Origin: a virus
Lineage: Duplodnaviria; Heunggongvirae; Uroviricota; Caudoviricetes
Reading direction: 5' to 3' (one strand)
Length of the DNA stretch: 64,000 nt
IMG/VR virus record: IMGVR_UViG_3300042554_002438
Of the stretch, positions 16,821 through 24,736 are shown piece by piece (position 1 is the stretch's first letter; each line of letters opens with the position of its first letter). The notes below the pieces were generated by a model. The model was not told the DNA's origin, did not search any database, and was given only the letters and a program-made list of their open reading frames with translations. The translations under genes and the position numbers were made by a program.

Positions 16821-17413
16821 TTATAAATATAAACAGTAAAATCCTCATTACCCAAGTAATCTAAAACCAGTTTAGTTTTGGTGTACCTCTTCTTTATTAA
16901 AGCATAAAATTCTTCTGGAACAAAACTATTAAACTCGGGTATATCCAGATATTCTTTATTTAAAAAATTAAACGCAACACCTTTTTTGGATATGTTAAGA
17001 GATGCATCAATTGCTGAGAAGATTTCATCAAGCGGCATTCTAACTGTAAAAACACCCGACCCCAAAATGTAATCATATTTATCTTGAATGTCAAATATTT
17101 CTCCAGTTGAAAAATTTACCCCTGGCTTTCTTTGTATTGCGTAAATTATGTAACTTGGGTTAATATCGACACCATTATAATTTTTTGTTGAAAAATTTTT
17201 TTGTTCCAGGTAATCGACCATGTGACCCAATCCGCAACCCAAATCTAAAATACTATCGTTTTCTGTTACACCAATCTGAAATAACGCATCAAACCTAGTA
17301 TATTGCGATTCGCGATTACTCCAAGCAACAGACTCTGGGCTATTTATACTCGTTGAAAGTAAAAAGTCATTATAAAACTTTAATATTTGTTTCTTAAATT
17401 TCGTCTTTAACAT
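16817..17413 (-). CDS. class I SAM-dependent methyltransferase
   Basis: SILDLGCGLG, YNGVDINP, YDYILGSGVF. Confidence 0.9.
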   Translation of the reverse strand: MLKTKFKKQILKFYNDFLLSTSINSPESVAWSNRESQYTRFDALFQIGVTENDSILDLGCGLGHMVDYLEQKNFSTKNYNGVDINPSYIIYAIQRKPGVNFSTGEIFDIQDKYDYILGSGVFTVRMPLDEIFSAIDASLNISKKGVAFNFLNKEYLDIPEFNSFVPEEFYALIKKRYTKTKLVLDYLGNEDFTVYIYK

Positions 17414-17729
17414 GTCTCTCCAAATTTAATTGAATTAGGAACATTAAATACATAATACCAGAAACAATAGCCCCATCAAATAAGGTATATAGTAACAGTT
17501 CTAATAAGTTAGTATGACCATTTGAAAAAATGGAATATGATATTGAGTATTTGAAGCCCGTTGATGTTAAAAAACCAACCCAGAAACCAGTACACAACAT
17601 ACAAGTCAATAATGAGTAAATAAAAGGTACAGTACCTTTAAAAAACTCTCTAACAGGTTTAAATATTTTGCTTTGAACCAAAATGGTTGTTAACCCATAA
17701 CAACCCAATAAATAAAAAATTAAGCCCAT
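17394..17729 (-). CDS. DUF1360-like membrane protein
   Basis: Three hydrophobic helices with an LLTCMLCTGFWVG (CxxCxxxW) motif. Confidence 0.65.
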   Translation of the reverse strand: MGLIFYLLGCYGLTTILVQSKIFKPVREFFKGTVPFIYSLLTCMLCTGFWVGFLTSTGFKYSISYSIFSNGHTNLLELLLYTLFDGAIVSGIMYLMFLIQLNLERHVKDEI

Positions 17730-17731
17730 GA

Positions 17732-18202
17732 TTATTCGGTTTTACTTTCTTCAATATTTTCAGTAACCTCATCTTCACCACCAATAATGTTTTGGTTAGG
17801 TTCTATAAAATCTGGTTGTCCATCTTGTTGCCTTAAAGAATAAGGTGTTTCAAATTGGATCTCTTTTAACTCGTCATAACTTAAAGTTGTGAATAAAGTT
17901 TTTAATTGGGTTAATTTATCCTTAAATAAGGCCTGTTTTCTTTCAACATCTAGATTATGTTCAATGATATCAGTTAGTGCCATATAAAGCGAATTAAAGT
18001 CCAAAACATCGCTATAAATTATATAATAGCTTGCTGTGTTATTCTCGTTAGCTTTTTGTTTCTTAATGCTAATACCATCGACTGGTTTAAGAAACTCCCA
18101 ATCGTTATTTAACCAAAAATCTATGATCTTGGTTGTTTTATTAACTCTAAACCCAATTATATTTTCTGGGTATTTTTCAAAAAATTCATCAATTCTAATC
18201 AT
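17732..18202 (-). CDS. hypothetical protein
   Basis: 156 aa ORF in operon context. Confidence 0.7.
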   Translation of the reverse strand: MIRIDEFFEKYPENIIGFRVNKTTKIIDFWLNNDWEFLKPVDGISIKKQKANENNTASYYIIYSDVLDFNSLYMALTDIIEHNLDVERKQALFKDKLTQLKTLFTTLSYDELKEIQFETPYSLRQQDGQPDFIEPNQNIIGGEDEVTENIEESKTE

Positions 18203-18417
18203 AATCCAATTCCTTTTAAAAATGAAGCAATTATCAAAGCAACAGATAACCCTAGATAAAACAATGATTTTTTATCAATTGAGTAAGGTGTTGGTTCTGG
18301 GTTATTTAAGTGCCTTATGAATAGAAATATCTGTCTAATTACCACCAAACAGGCCATAAAAAATATGACAGATAGTGTTTTATCGATTAAAACGTTAAGT
18401 GTTGCAAAAATATCCAT
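18199..18417 (-). CDS. small two-TM membrane protein
   Basis: 72 aa with two hydrophobic helices. Confidence 0.65.
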   Translation of the reverse strand: MDIFATLNVLIDKTLSVIFFMACLVVIRQIFLFIRHLNNPEPTPYSIDKKSLFYLGLSVALIIASFLKGIGL

Positions 18418-18428
18418 GGTTTTTCTTG

Positions 18429-18460
18429 CAAATTTAATAAAATAATTTCAATTAATCAAG
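18429..18460 (-). promoter_or_regulatory. Bacteroidota sigmaA-type promoter
   Basis: Minus strand CTTG-N20-TAAATTTG, 11 nt upstream of ATG 18417. Confidence 0.6.
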
Positions 18461-18931
18461 TGGGTTTATAAAATATTTGTCCTGTACCTTGTATATTTCA
18501 ATAAAAATATCATACTCTGATTTTGTTTTCCTTTTATTTAAAGATAAAACGTTTTCCCAAAATTCAACAATCTTGTTAAAAAGCAATTTACTTTTATTTT
18601 CGTTTTTATAATAAATTTCGGTAAAATAGTTTAAATAATAATAGTAGTGCTCTCCATTTTTTTTGAATCTGGTGTTTTCTTTTTCAAAGTTTTCCGCGTT
18701 TGTATTCCAACACCAATTAAAATGTGTCAACAAGTGTTCTTCATCAACAATTGTATCGTCACCCAAATACGTATCGTGAATCAAATGGCACAAAGAAATA
18801 GCAAAATCGCAATATAACTCCACCCTTTCAGGTACAACTTGATTAATTGTGTTTAAATACTCTATTTGCTCAAAGCTCAGCTGCTTTGAGAAATAATCGA
18901 TAAACTTTCCTATTGGCGCTCTGCGTTCCAT
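18452..18931 (-). CDS. hypothetical protein
   Basis: 159 aa; preceded by TATTTAT (18943-18949). Confidence 0.75.
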   Translation of the reverse strand: MERRAPIGKFIDYFSKQLSFEQIEYLNTINQVVPERVELYCDFAISLCHLIHDTYLGDDTIVDEEHLLTHFNWCWNTNAENFEKENTRFKKNGEHYYYYLNYFTEIYYKNENKSKLLFNKIVEFWENVLSLNKRKTKSEYDIFIEIYKVQDKYFINPLD

Positions 18932-18942
18932 GTTTATATATA

Positions 18943-18974
18943 ATAAATAAGGGCTTCCCGAATAGAAAGCCCTT
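18943..18974 (-). terminator. intrinsic terminator whose U tract overlaps a TATTTAT motif
   Basis: Minus strand AAGGGCTTTC-tattcg-GGAAGCCCTT then ATTTATT. Confidence 0.7.
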
Positions 18975-19007
18975 ACCTTTTATAATATTAATAAAACTTA
19001 TGTAAAA

Positions 19008-20957
19008 TTAAATAAACTTTTTAGTAGAAACTTGTTTAAATAATAATTCATCTTCATTCAAACCTTTTGACTTGTTTTCGTTTACAAGTTTTTCTTCGTA
19101 AGAAAATAACGCTTTAAGTCTTTGAATGTCTTCATTAACCAGTTCTTCGTTTTCATTTACTTTACTGAAAACCGTGCTTTTTTCATAAGTTTGGCTTTTT
19201 TCAATTTGAGTTCTGTCGTGACTTGATGTGTAATCGTCATCTGTTATAAACTCATCCTCAGCCCTTTTTTTAGCCGCGTCTATTAATTTTTTACCACCTT
19301 CAGATTCGTGATCAACGTTTGCATGATCTTTTGGAGCCATACCTAATGCCTCATCTTTTATCTTATCAACTTGGTCTTTCTCTAAACCAGTTCTGTAATC
19401 TAAATCTAAATTGTTTCTCCAACCATGTATCGTTTCATCAACGTTTTTTTCCCAGTCGTTCATTTGGTGTTTTTGATTTTTTAAATTATCAACTTTTTCT
19501 TCGGTCGTTTCTTGAGAATCCTCAGCATCTTTTGTTGCCTCAGCGTTTTCTTTTTCTGAATTTGTTTTATTTAATGAATCAACATTTTTACCTTTAACTG
19601 GTGTATTAACTTCTTCCAAAACATCATCATCAGCGCCCAAATCTAAAGCATCGGCTGAGATAACATCCAACTCACGTTTTGATGCTAATGTTGGTTTTGC
19701 CATATCATCGCTAAAATCCTCAGAACCTTTTTCGGATCTATCTTCAATTGAGGATTCTATTTTTTCAATCTCTTTTTTCTTTGCATAAATGCTATTACCC
19801 ATATCAAAAATATCAGATAAGATATCTTCCATCATTTCAGTTGTTTCCATACCTAATTTGTTACCGAATTTCATGAAGAAACCACGTTTTCTCGGATTAA
19901 CTAAATTTTCAAGCATGTTTCTATAAGACCACTCACCAGTTTGATTTAATTTTTCATAATAATCAACTGCACTTTCCTCTTCTTTTTTGGTCAAGAAATC
20001 GGCAAATCCTTCGATTGTAACTTCGGTTTGTGGTTGGAAATAAGCCTTAAGGTCTTCAATATCCAATTTACCAACCATAGGAATGAATTTATCAACAAAT
20101 TTGCTATAACGAGCAATTTCCTGATCCAAAACTCTTTTCTTGTTTAAAAGGTATGTTGGGCTTTCGTTATCATCATCATCGTCTTCATTTTCGTTCATTG
20201 CCATGCTTTGTTCACCAGATAAATATGATTTAATCGCATCCGCACTGTGATACATAACAGCAATTTTATCTTGTACCCAAGCTGGTAATTCAGCATTACC
20301 ATCAATCATCTTGAATACATCGGCTAAATCATCACAAATTTGTGATACTTTAACTTTATAATGCTCACCTTCTGGATAATTCCCTTCATACATTTCACCT
20401 TCGTTTTTCTCAAAAGTTTCGGGGCTTCTATCTTGTTTGTTAGCAGTCGCATAATAATAAGCCTTACCACGTTTTTTACCATATTGGCTTTGGAAACGGC
20501 CCATAACTTCTTTATCATATTCACTTAACTCACCTTCTTCGTAGGTTTCACCCTCATCTTTTTTATTTCTGAGCATTTCAAGGTCTTTTTCATCAATGTC
20601 ACCATCTTTATCTTGATCCATATATTTAGATTGGTCTGCTGATAATTTTTCATTTACCCAACCTTCCATTTTAGATGAACAATCACTTTCGTTCATCATG
20701 CAAGATTTATACATTTCAGCAACAATTTCATCGTCTTCCATTAAAGTTGACATGATGCCTTCATAAGATTCACCCTCAGTTAATGTTTCGGGTAAAAATC
20801 CTTCCATTTTTAATACTTCATACATGCATCCTTTCATAGCTTCATCTAGAATCATTTCTTGCATCATAGAGCGCATGGTTTCGTTAGTCATATGTTTCAT
20901 TTCTTTTATTAAATTTTCTTTTTTATTTTTTAATTCTATTGATTCATCAAGTTTCAT
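19008..20957 (-). CDS. large acidic mosaic protein, probably head-internal; start probably ATG 20957
   Basis: Modules DQDKDGDIDEKDLEMLR, RFQSQYGKKRGKAYYYATANK, LPAWVQDKI, VNEDIQRLKALF; TATTTAT lies 4 nt before ATG 20957. Confidence 0.7.
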   Translation of the reverse strand: MKLDESIELKNKKENLIKEMKHMTNETMRSMMQEMILDEAMKGCMYEVLKMEGFLPETLTEGESYEGIMSTLMEDDEIVAEMYKSCMMNESDCSSKMEGWVNEKLSADQSKYMDQDKDGDIDEKDLEMLRNKKDEGETYEEGELSEYDKEVMGRFQSQYGKKRGKAYYYATANKQDRSPETFEKNEGEMYEGNYPEGEHYKVKVSQICDDLADVFKMIDGNAELPAWVQDKIAVMYHSADAIKSYLSGEQSMAMNENEDDDDDNESPTYLLNKKRVLDQEIARYSKFVDKFIPMVGKLDIEDLKAYFQPQTEVTIEGFADFLTKKEEESAVDYYEKLNQTGEWSYRNMLENLVNPRKRGFFMKFGNKLGMETTEMMEDILSDIFDMGNSIYAKKKEIEKIESSIEDRSEKGSEDFSDDMAKPTLASKRELDVISADALDLGADDDVLEEVNTPVKGKNVDSLNKTNSEKENAEATKDAEDSQETTEEKVDNLKNQKHQMNDWEKNVDETIHGWRNNLDLDYRTGLEKDQVDKIKDEALGMAPKDHANVDHESEGGKKLIDAAKKRAEDEFITDDDYTSSHDRTQIEKSQTYEKSTVFSKVNENEELVNEDIQRLKALFSYEEKLVNENKSKGLNEDELLFKQVSTKKFI

Positions 20958-20959
20958 AA

Positions 20960-21544
20960 TCATAAATATCTTTCTCTAATTATTTTAGCGATATACTCAG
21001 GTGTTTTTTTAGTTTCATGTCCAATGTGTGAACAATATTCGTAACACTTTTCACACATACCATCTTTTGTTTCGCCAATTAATTTTATAGGTTTATCAAT
21101 GGCACCTTGTGAACAATATGGGAACGCTAAACACTTAGGTTCAATTGCAACTAATTTACCACCATTAAATGATGGTTTTTGTTGTAAATCCTGACCAAAC
21201 CATTCCATTAAGTGGTTTTCTGTTACCATCTCACCAGATTCGGTGTATAAATGTTCACTCACATAACCTTGTGGTGGTTCAACAATTTTACCAACACCAT
21301 CACCAGCAGCATTTTTTGCGCCTTTCCATCTCCATAAAACCCTTTTGTTTAGTTTGTTTTTTGATATTCTACTAAGGGGGCCAATAAAACCACCAAATGT
21401 TGGGCTATCTGTTGATCCTAAAACACTAAGTGTGTTTGTCCCACCAGCATTTGAAGCTGCGGTTAAGCCACCAGTACTGGCACCCTCACCCTCTTCGTTT
21501 AATTTGGTTTTAACATTGTTTAAAAACTCTCCCTTGGTAATCAT
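20960..21544 (-). CDS. hypothetical protein with a Cys-rich C-terminus
   Basis: KCLAFPYCSQGAI...CEKCYEYC; Gly-rich N-terminus. Confidence 0.75.
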   Translation of the reverse strand: MITKGEFLNNVKTKLNEEGEGASTGGLTAASNAGGTNTLSVLGSTDSPTFGGFIGPLSRISKNKLNKRVLWRWKGAKNAAGDGVGKIVEPPQGYVSEHLYTESGEMVTENHLMEWFGQDLQQKPSFNGGKLVAIEPKCLAFPYCSQGAIDKPIKLIGETKDGMCEKCYEYCSHIGHETKKTPEYIAKIIRERYL

Positions 21545-21891
21545 TAGTTTGATAAATTTTTAAGATCGCCAGACCAAAAACTTCTTTTAGTCCATAGGCT
21601 TTTATACAATTGAACCAATACATTTCTAGTTATTTCAACAATGTATTTTTCAATATCTTTATCGTTTTTAAATTTCTTTTTTACGATATCTTCAACTTTC
21701 TTTTCTAAATCAGAGCTTCTGTTTAAATCTAAAAAGTCTTTGATTTCTTTTTTAACAAGAGTTTTAATGTCACTTTTATCCGTTGGTGTTAAAGCCTCCG
21801 AAATAACTTCCCCGCAAGGACACACTTCACCCTCTTCTAAAACCTCTTTAAAATATGTGGTTAATTGCGATTCTGTAACTCTTATTTTCAT
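21544..21891 (-). CDS. hypothetical protein
   Basis: MKIRVTESQL N-terminus; CTATTTAT 4 nt upstream (21896-21903). Confidence 0.75.
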   Translation of the reverse strand: MKIRVTESQLTTYFKEVLEEGEVCPCGEVISEALTPTDKSDIKTLVKKEIKDFLDLNRSSDLEKKVEDIVKKKFKNDKDIEKYIVEITRNVLVQLYKSLWTKRSFWSGDLKNLSN

Positions 21892-21914
21892 ACTAATAAA
21901 TAGTTTAAATATGA

Positions 21915-22328
21915 TTAAAATACCACTCCAAGTATGATTGTTAGTATAACCAATACCCCTCCACCTATAATAGCACCGTTTCTTTGGTTCTTTAACGTAG
22001 TGATGTTTTTATTCAAATCTTTTATTTCGGATTCCCTCTCCACAATCACACTAGATTTTAATTGAATTATGCTGTCTTTTCTGACAACTAAATTAGAATA
22101 GTCTAATATAATGCTATCTTGTTCTAAGCCTTTTTTTGTTAGTATTGATATGGTATCTCTGGCAACCAATAATTTTGCCTGAGTTAATTTATAATCCGAA
22201 CGCATAATTAATGCGTTTTTTAATGTGGCGCATGGTACCACACAATTTGTATCATTTAAAACTGTTTGTGAATTCCCTGGCAATATCTGTGTTAGACATA
22301 GAATTAATACGATTAATATCTTTTTCAT
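21915..22328 (-). CDS. putative spanin-like envelope protein (signal peptide, coiled coil, C-terminal TM)
   Basis: MKKILIVLILCLTQILP..., coiled coil, GAIIGGGVLVILTIILGVVF; overlaps the upstream gene by 77 nt. Confidence 0.55.
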   Translation of the reverse strand: MKKILIVLILCLTQILPGNSQTVLNDTNCVVPCATLKNALIMRSDYKLTQAKLLVARDTISILTKKGLEQDSIILDYSNLVVRKDSIIQLKSSVIVERESEIKDLNKNITTLKNQRNGAIIGGGVLVILTIILGVVF

Positions 22329-22590
22329 GTTGTTTTTTCTCTTTATCTAATTTATTTTTTAACTGTGATAACTCAATTTCGTATACGGCAATTTTCTCGT
22401 TTCTTTTTTCAATTGATTTCTTTAATGAATCTGCAACAAGTTCTTGTTTTGTTATTTGAGTATTTAAAGAATCCACTTTTTTATCATAGTGTGATGTGTC
22501 GATCAAACCCTTATTATGGTTATCAATTGCTAAGTATATTATAATACCAACTAAAGCTAAAATTATAAGATATGGTACGTATTTTTTCAT
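22252..22590 (-). CDS. putative inner-membrane spanin-like protein
   Basis: N-terminal TM followed by a long coiled coil. Confidence 0.55.
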   Translation of the reverse strand: MKKYVPYLIILALVGIIIYLAIDNHNKGLIDTSHYDKKVDSLNTQITKQELVADSLKKSIEKRNEKIAVYEIELSQLKNKLDKEKKQHEKDINRINSMSNTDIAREFTNSFK

Positions 22591-22592
22591 AA

Positions 22593-23108
22593 TTAGCTAC
22601 CTTGGGTTAAAGAAACTAATTTATTTCGACCTATCTGATTATCCGAAAACGACCTAGATGCGGTTTGAATCAAATTTAACAAGTCTTGATCCAACGCTAT
22701 TGTACCAGATATAACCTCAATTTGCGGTTCATCTTCATTGGTATCAAAAACAATTGATTTAATTGAATCTGTTCCAGGGTTTTTAATTGTTTCGCTGCGC
22801 ATAATTATACGACTATCTTCCACGTTTATAGAAATAGTATCAAGTAATAGCCCAGATGCTTTTATAAATTCACCAATAGCTGCGGTTAATGATGTTTTTA
22901 TTTCATCAGATAAACCCTCCTGACTATTTAAATAGCCAACAGTGTTAATACCGTCAAATTTAATTTCATCACCCGATTTTGTGGTTTCCTCACCGTTTTG
23001 ATTTTCATCATCCGATTTAAGATTTATGTCAACCATTTCAGCCTCCATTAAAGATCTAATTTTAGCTAGTGATTTTCTAATTTGATCGTTTTCGTTAATA
23101 ATATTCAT
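22593..23108 (-). CDS. hypothetical acidic protein
   Basis: MNIINENDQIRKSLAKIRSLMEAE N-terminus. Confidence 0.75.
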   Translation of the reverse strand: MNIINENDQIRKSLAKIRSLMEAEMVDINLKSDDENQNGEETTKSGDEIKFDGINTVGYLNSQEGLSDEIKTSLTAAIGEFIKASGLLLDTISINVEDSRIIMRSETIKNPGTDSIKSIVFDTNEDEPQIEVISGTIALDQDLLNLIQTASRSFSDNQIGRNKLVSLTQGS

Positions 23109-23109
23109 A

Positions 23110-23712
23110 TCAATTGTTTATTAGTTTAGTTAATTTTTCGAAGTCAAATGCTGGTGTCAAATCATAGTGATTTTTACTGAAATTACTTCTGTTGAGTATT
23201 CCCTTGAAATTCATTGGTTTATGTGCAAGAACATTATTACCGATGAAATTTTTTTCAATTGAGTATTCTATACATAAATAGTTAATTAATTCAAATAGTA
23301 CAGTCATTTGCTCATCAGTGTAATCCGCCCATAGCTTTTTACCACGCCAATTTGTTTCAATAACGGCGCCTTCATATCTAATTCCACGCCAATCTAAATA
23401 AGCATCAGTTTTTTTGTGATATTCAAGCCACCCAACATTTTCTATCGCAATTGGTATAACAGCTTTATTTATATCATCTTTATCAAATAAGGGGCTATAA
23501 TTTTTGGGATTATAGTGTTGGTATAAAATACCAGACCTACTTATTGTGTAAGCTGGAATTTTATTGTATTTTTTATTAAATCTCAGTTTTAATTTTGTGA
23601 TAAAGTCATCTATCGGATAACCAGTGTTTAACAAGACTATTTGTTTCTTATTTTGTCTTGTTTTAAACACTAAGCCATCATTAATTACAAAATCAGTGTT
23701 GATGTTCACCAT
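23110..23712 (-). CDS. N-acetylmuramoyl-L-alanine amidase (Amidase_2/PGRP fold), possibly degenerate
   Basis: KKQIVL..T, AYTISRSGILYQ, IAIENVGW, DYTDEQ...L..L...LC, DLTPAFDF. Confidence 0.75.
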   Translation of the reverse strand: MVNINTDFVINDGLVFKTRQNKKQIVLLNTGYPIDDFITKLKLRFNKKYNKIPAYTISRSGILYQHYNPKNYSPLFDKDDINKAVIPIAIENVGWLEYHKKTDAYLDWRGIRYEGAVIETNWRGKKLWADYTDEQMTVLFELINYLCIEYSIEKNFIGNNVLAHKPMNFKGILNRSNFSKNHYDLTPAFDFEKLTKLINN

Positions 23713-23753
23713 CTTTAAAAACTCTTATAGTATCTATAAAGTTTATTGTTGGC

Positions 23754-23808
23754 GGTGTTTCGACTAACTCTGGTTGAATTTCCGTTGGTGTTTCGACTAA
23801 CTCTGGTT
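23754..23808. repeat. 22-bp perfect direct repeat with a 33-nt period
   Basis: GGTGTTTCGACTAACTCTGGTT at 23754-23775 and 23787-23808; encodes PELVETP twice in the -1 frame of the upstream gene. Confidence 0.9.
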
Positions 23809-23814
23809 CAGACG

Positions 23815-24555
23815 TTAGTTTTTTTTTTCGTCATCCTCAGTAGTTTGGATAACATCTTGAATAGTCTCTTGATCATTTAAAATTTCTGGTTCTATGACCT
23901 CGCTTTGAGGTTCTATTTCATTTATTAATTCTTCTCTGTACTGCGAATTAGCCAATGCGGTTGGTTCGTCTGAATCGTTATAGTTTTCTTCTCCGTATTT
24001 TTCAACATTATCTTTTCTAATTTTTTCAGCGATATCCCAAACTTTTTGATTAACCTTAACTTTATTTGATTCTACAAGTTTCTCATCAACCTGAGTCGGT
24101 TCAGTTACCTGTTCCTCATTTGGTTTAATATAATCAACGAGCGATTTAATAAAACCTAAAGCTACTAACGGTAAAATTGCGCCAGACACTATCGATAGAA
24201 TTCTTTTTTGAAAAATCGGTTCTTCCTCAACCAAACCAAATAATTCAATCCACGATTGATAATTTTCTAGGTGAACATAGGCAAAATAAGTATTACCCAT
24301 TGCCTGCATGGCTGTTAAAACAAAAAATAACGCCCATACAATACCCTTGTTCATTTTTTGTAATGCTATAATTGAAGCAAGAGATGCTGCGGCACCAACC
24401 TCAAACGCAATTGCTAAAGTGATTGCTAACCAGTCTGGATTAGATAGTTTGAAAAAATCAATTACGTGTATTGTTGATATGACGGATACCATCACATATA
24501 GCAATACAAACGTACCTATTATAAAATTCCTGGTTAATTTATTCTCACCCTTCAT
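23815..24555 (-). CDS. four-TM membrane protein with a Glu/Pro-rich tail; possible -1 frameshift extension to 23693
   Basis: Four hydrophobic helices; ends GAA AAA AAA AAC TAA (A10 run). Confidence 0.8.
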   Translation of the reverse strand: MKGENKLTRNFIIGTFVLLYVMVSVISTIHVIDFFKLSNPDWLAITLAIAFEVGAAASLASIIALQKMNKGIVWALFFVLTAMQAMGNTYFAYVHLENYQSWIELFGLVEEEPIFQKRILSIVSGAILPLVALGFIKSLVDYIKPNEEQVTEPTQVDEKLVESNKVKVNQKVWDIAEKIRKDNVEKYGEENYNDSDEPTALANSQYREELINEIEPQSEVIEPEILNDQETIQDVIQTTEDDEKKN

Positions 24556-24734
24556 TATTGATTGTTTTCTTTTTCTTTTTTTGCTATTGCAATAGCAGCT
24601 TGTTGTTTTAAATTTTTAGATTTAAACTCTTGCAGCATGTTTTTTTGATCCTCATTTAATGTGGTCTCATCTATTTGTTCGATTCTCGCATCAACCTGCG
24701 CAATCAAACTATTTAATTTTTCTAAGTTATCCAT
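24555..24734 (-). CDS. 59-aa coiled-coil protein missed by the ORF track
   Basis: MDNLEKLNSLIAQVDARIEQIDETTLNEDQKNMLQEFKSKNLKQQAAIAIAKKRKENNQ; stop overlaps the next ATG (TAATG). Confidence 0.7.
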   Translation of the reverse strand: MDNLEKLNSLIAQVDARIEQIDETTLNEDQKNMLQEFKSKNLKQQAAIAIAKKEKENNQ

Positions 24735-24736
24735 GA

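Noticed and set aside
23754-23808. 22-bp direct repeat as a mini CRISPR array
   Set aside because: Only two copies with an 11-nt spacer and no cas genes; the codon-multiple period points to a protein repeat
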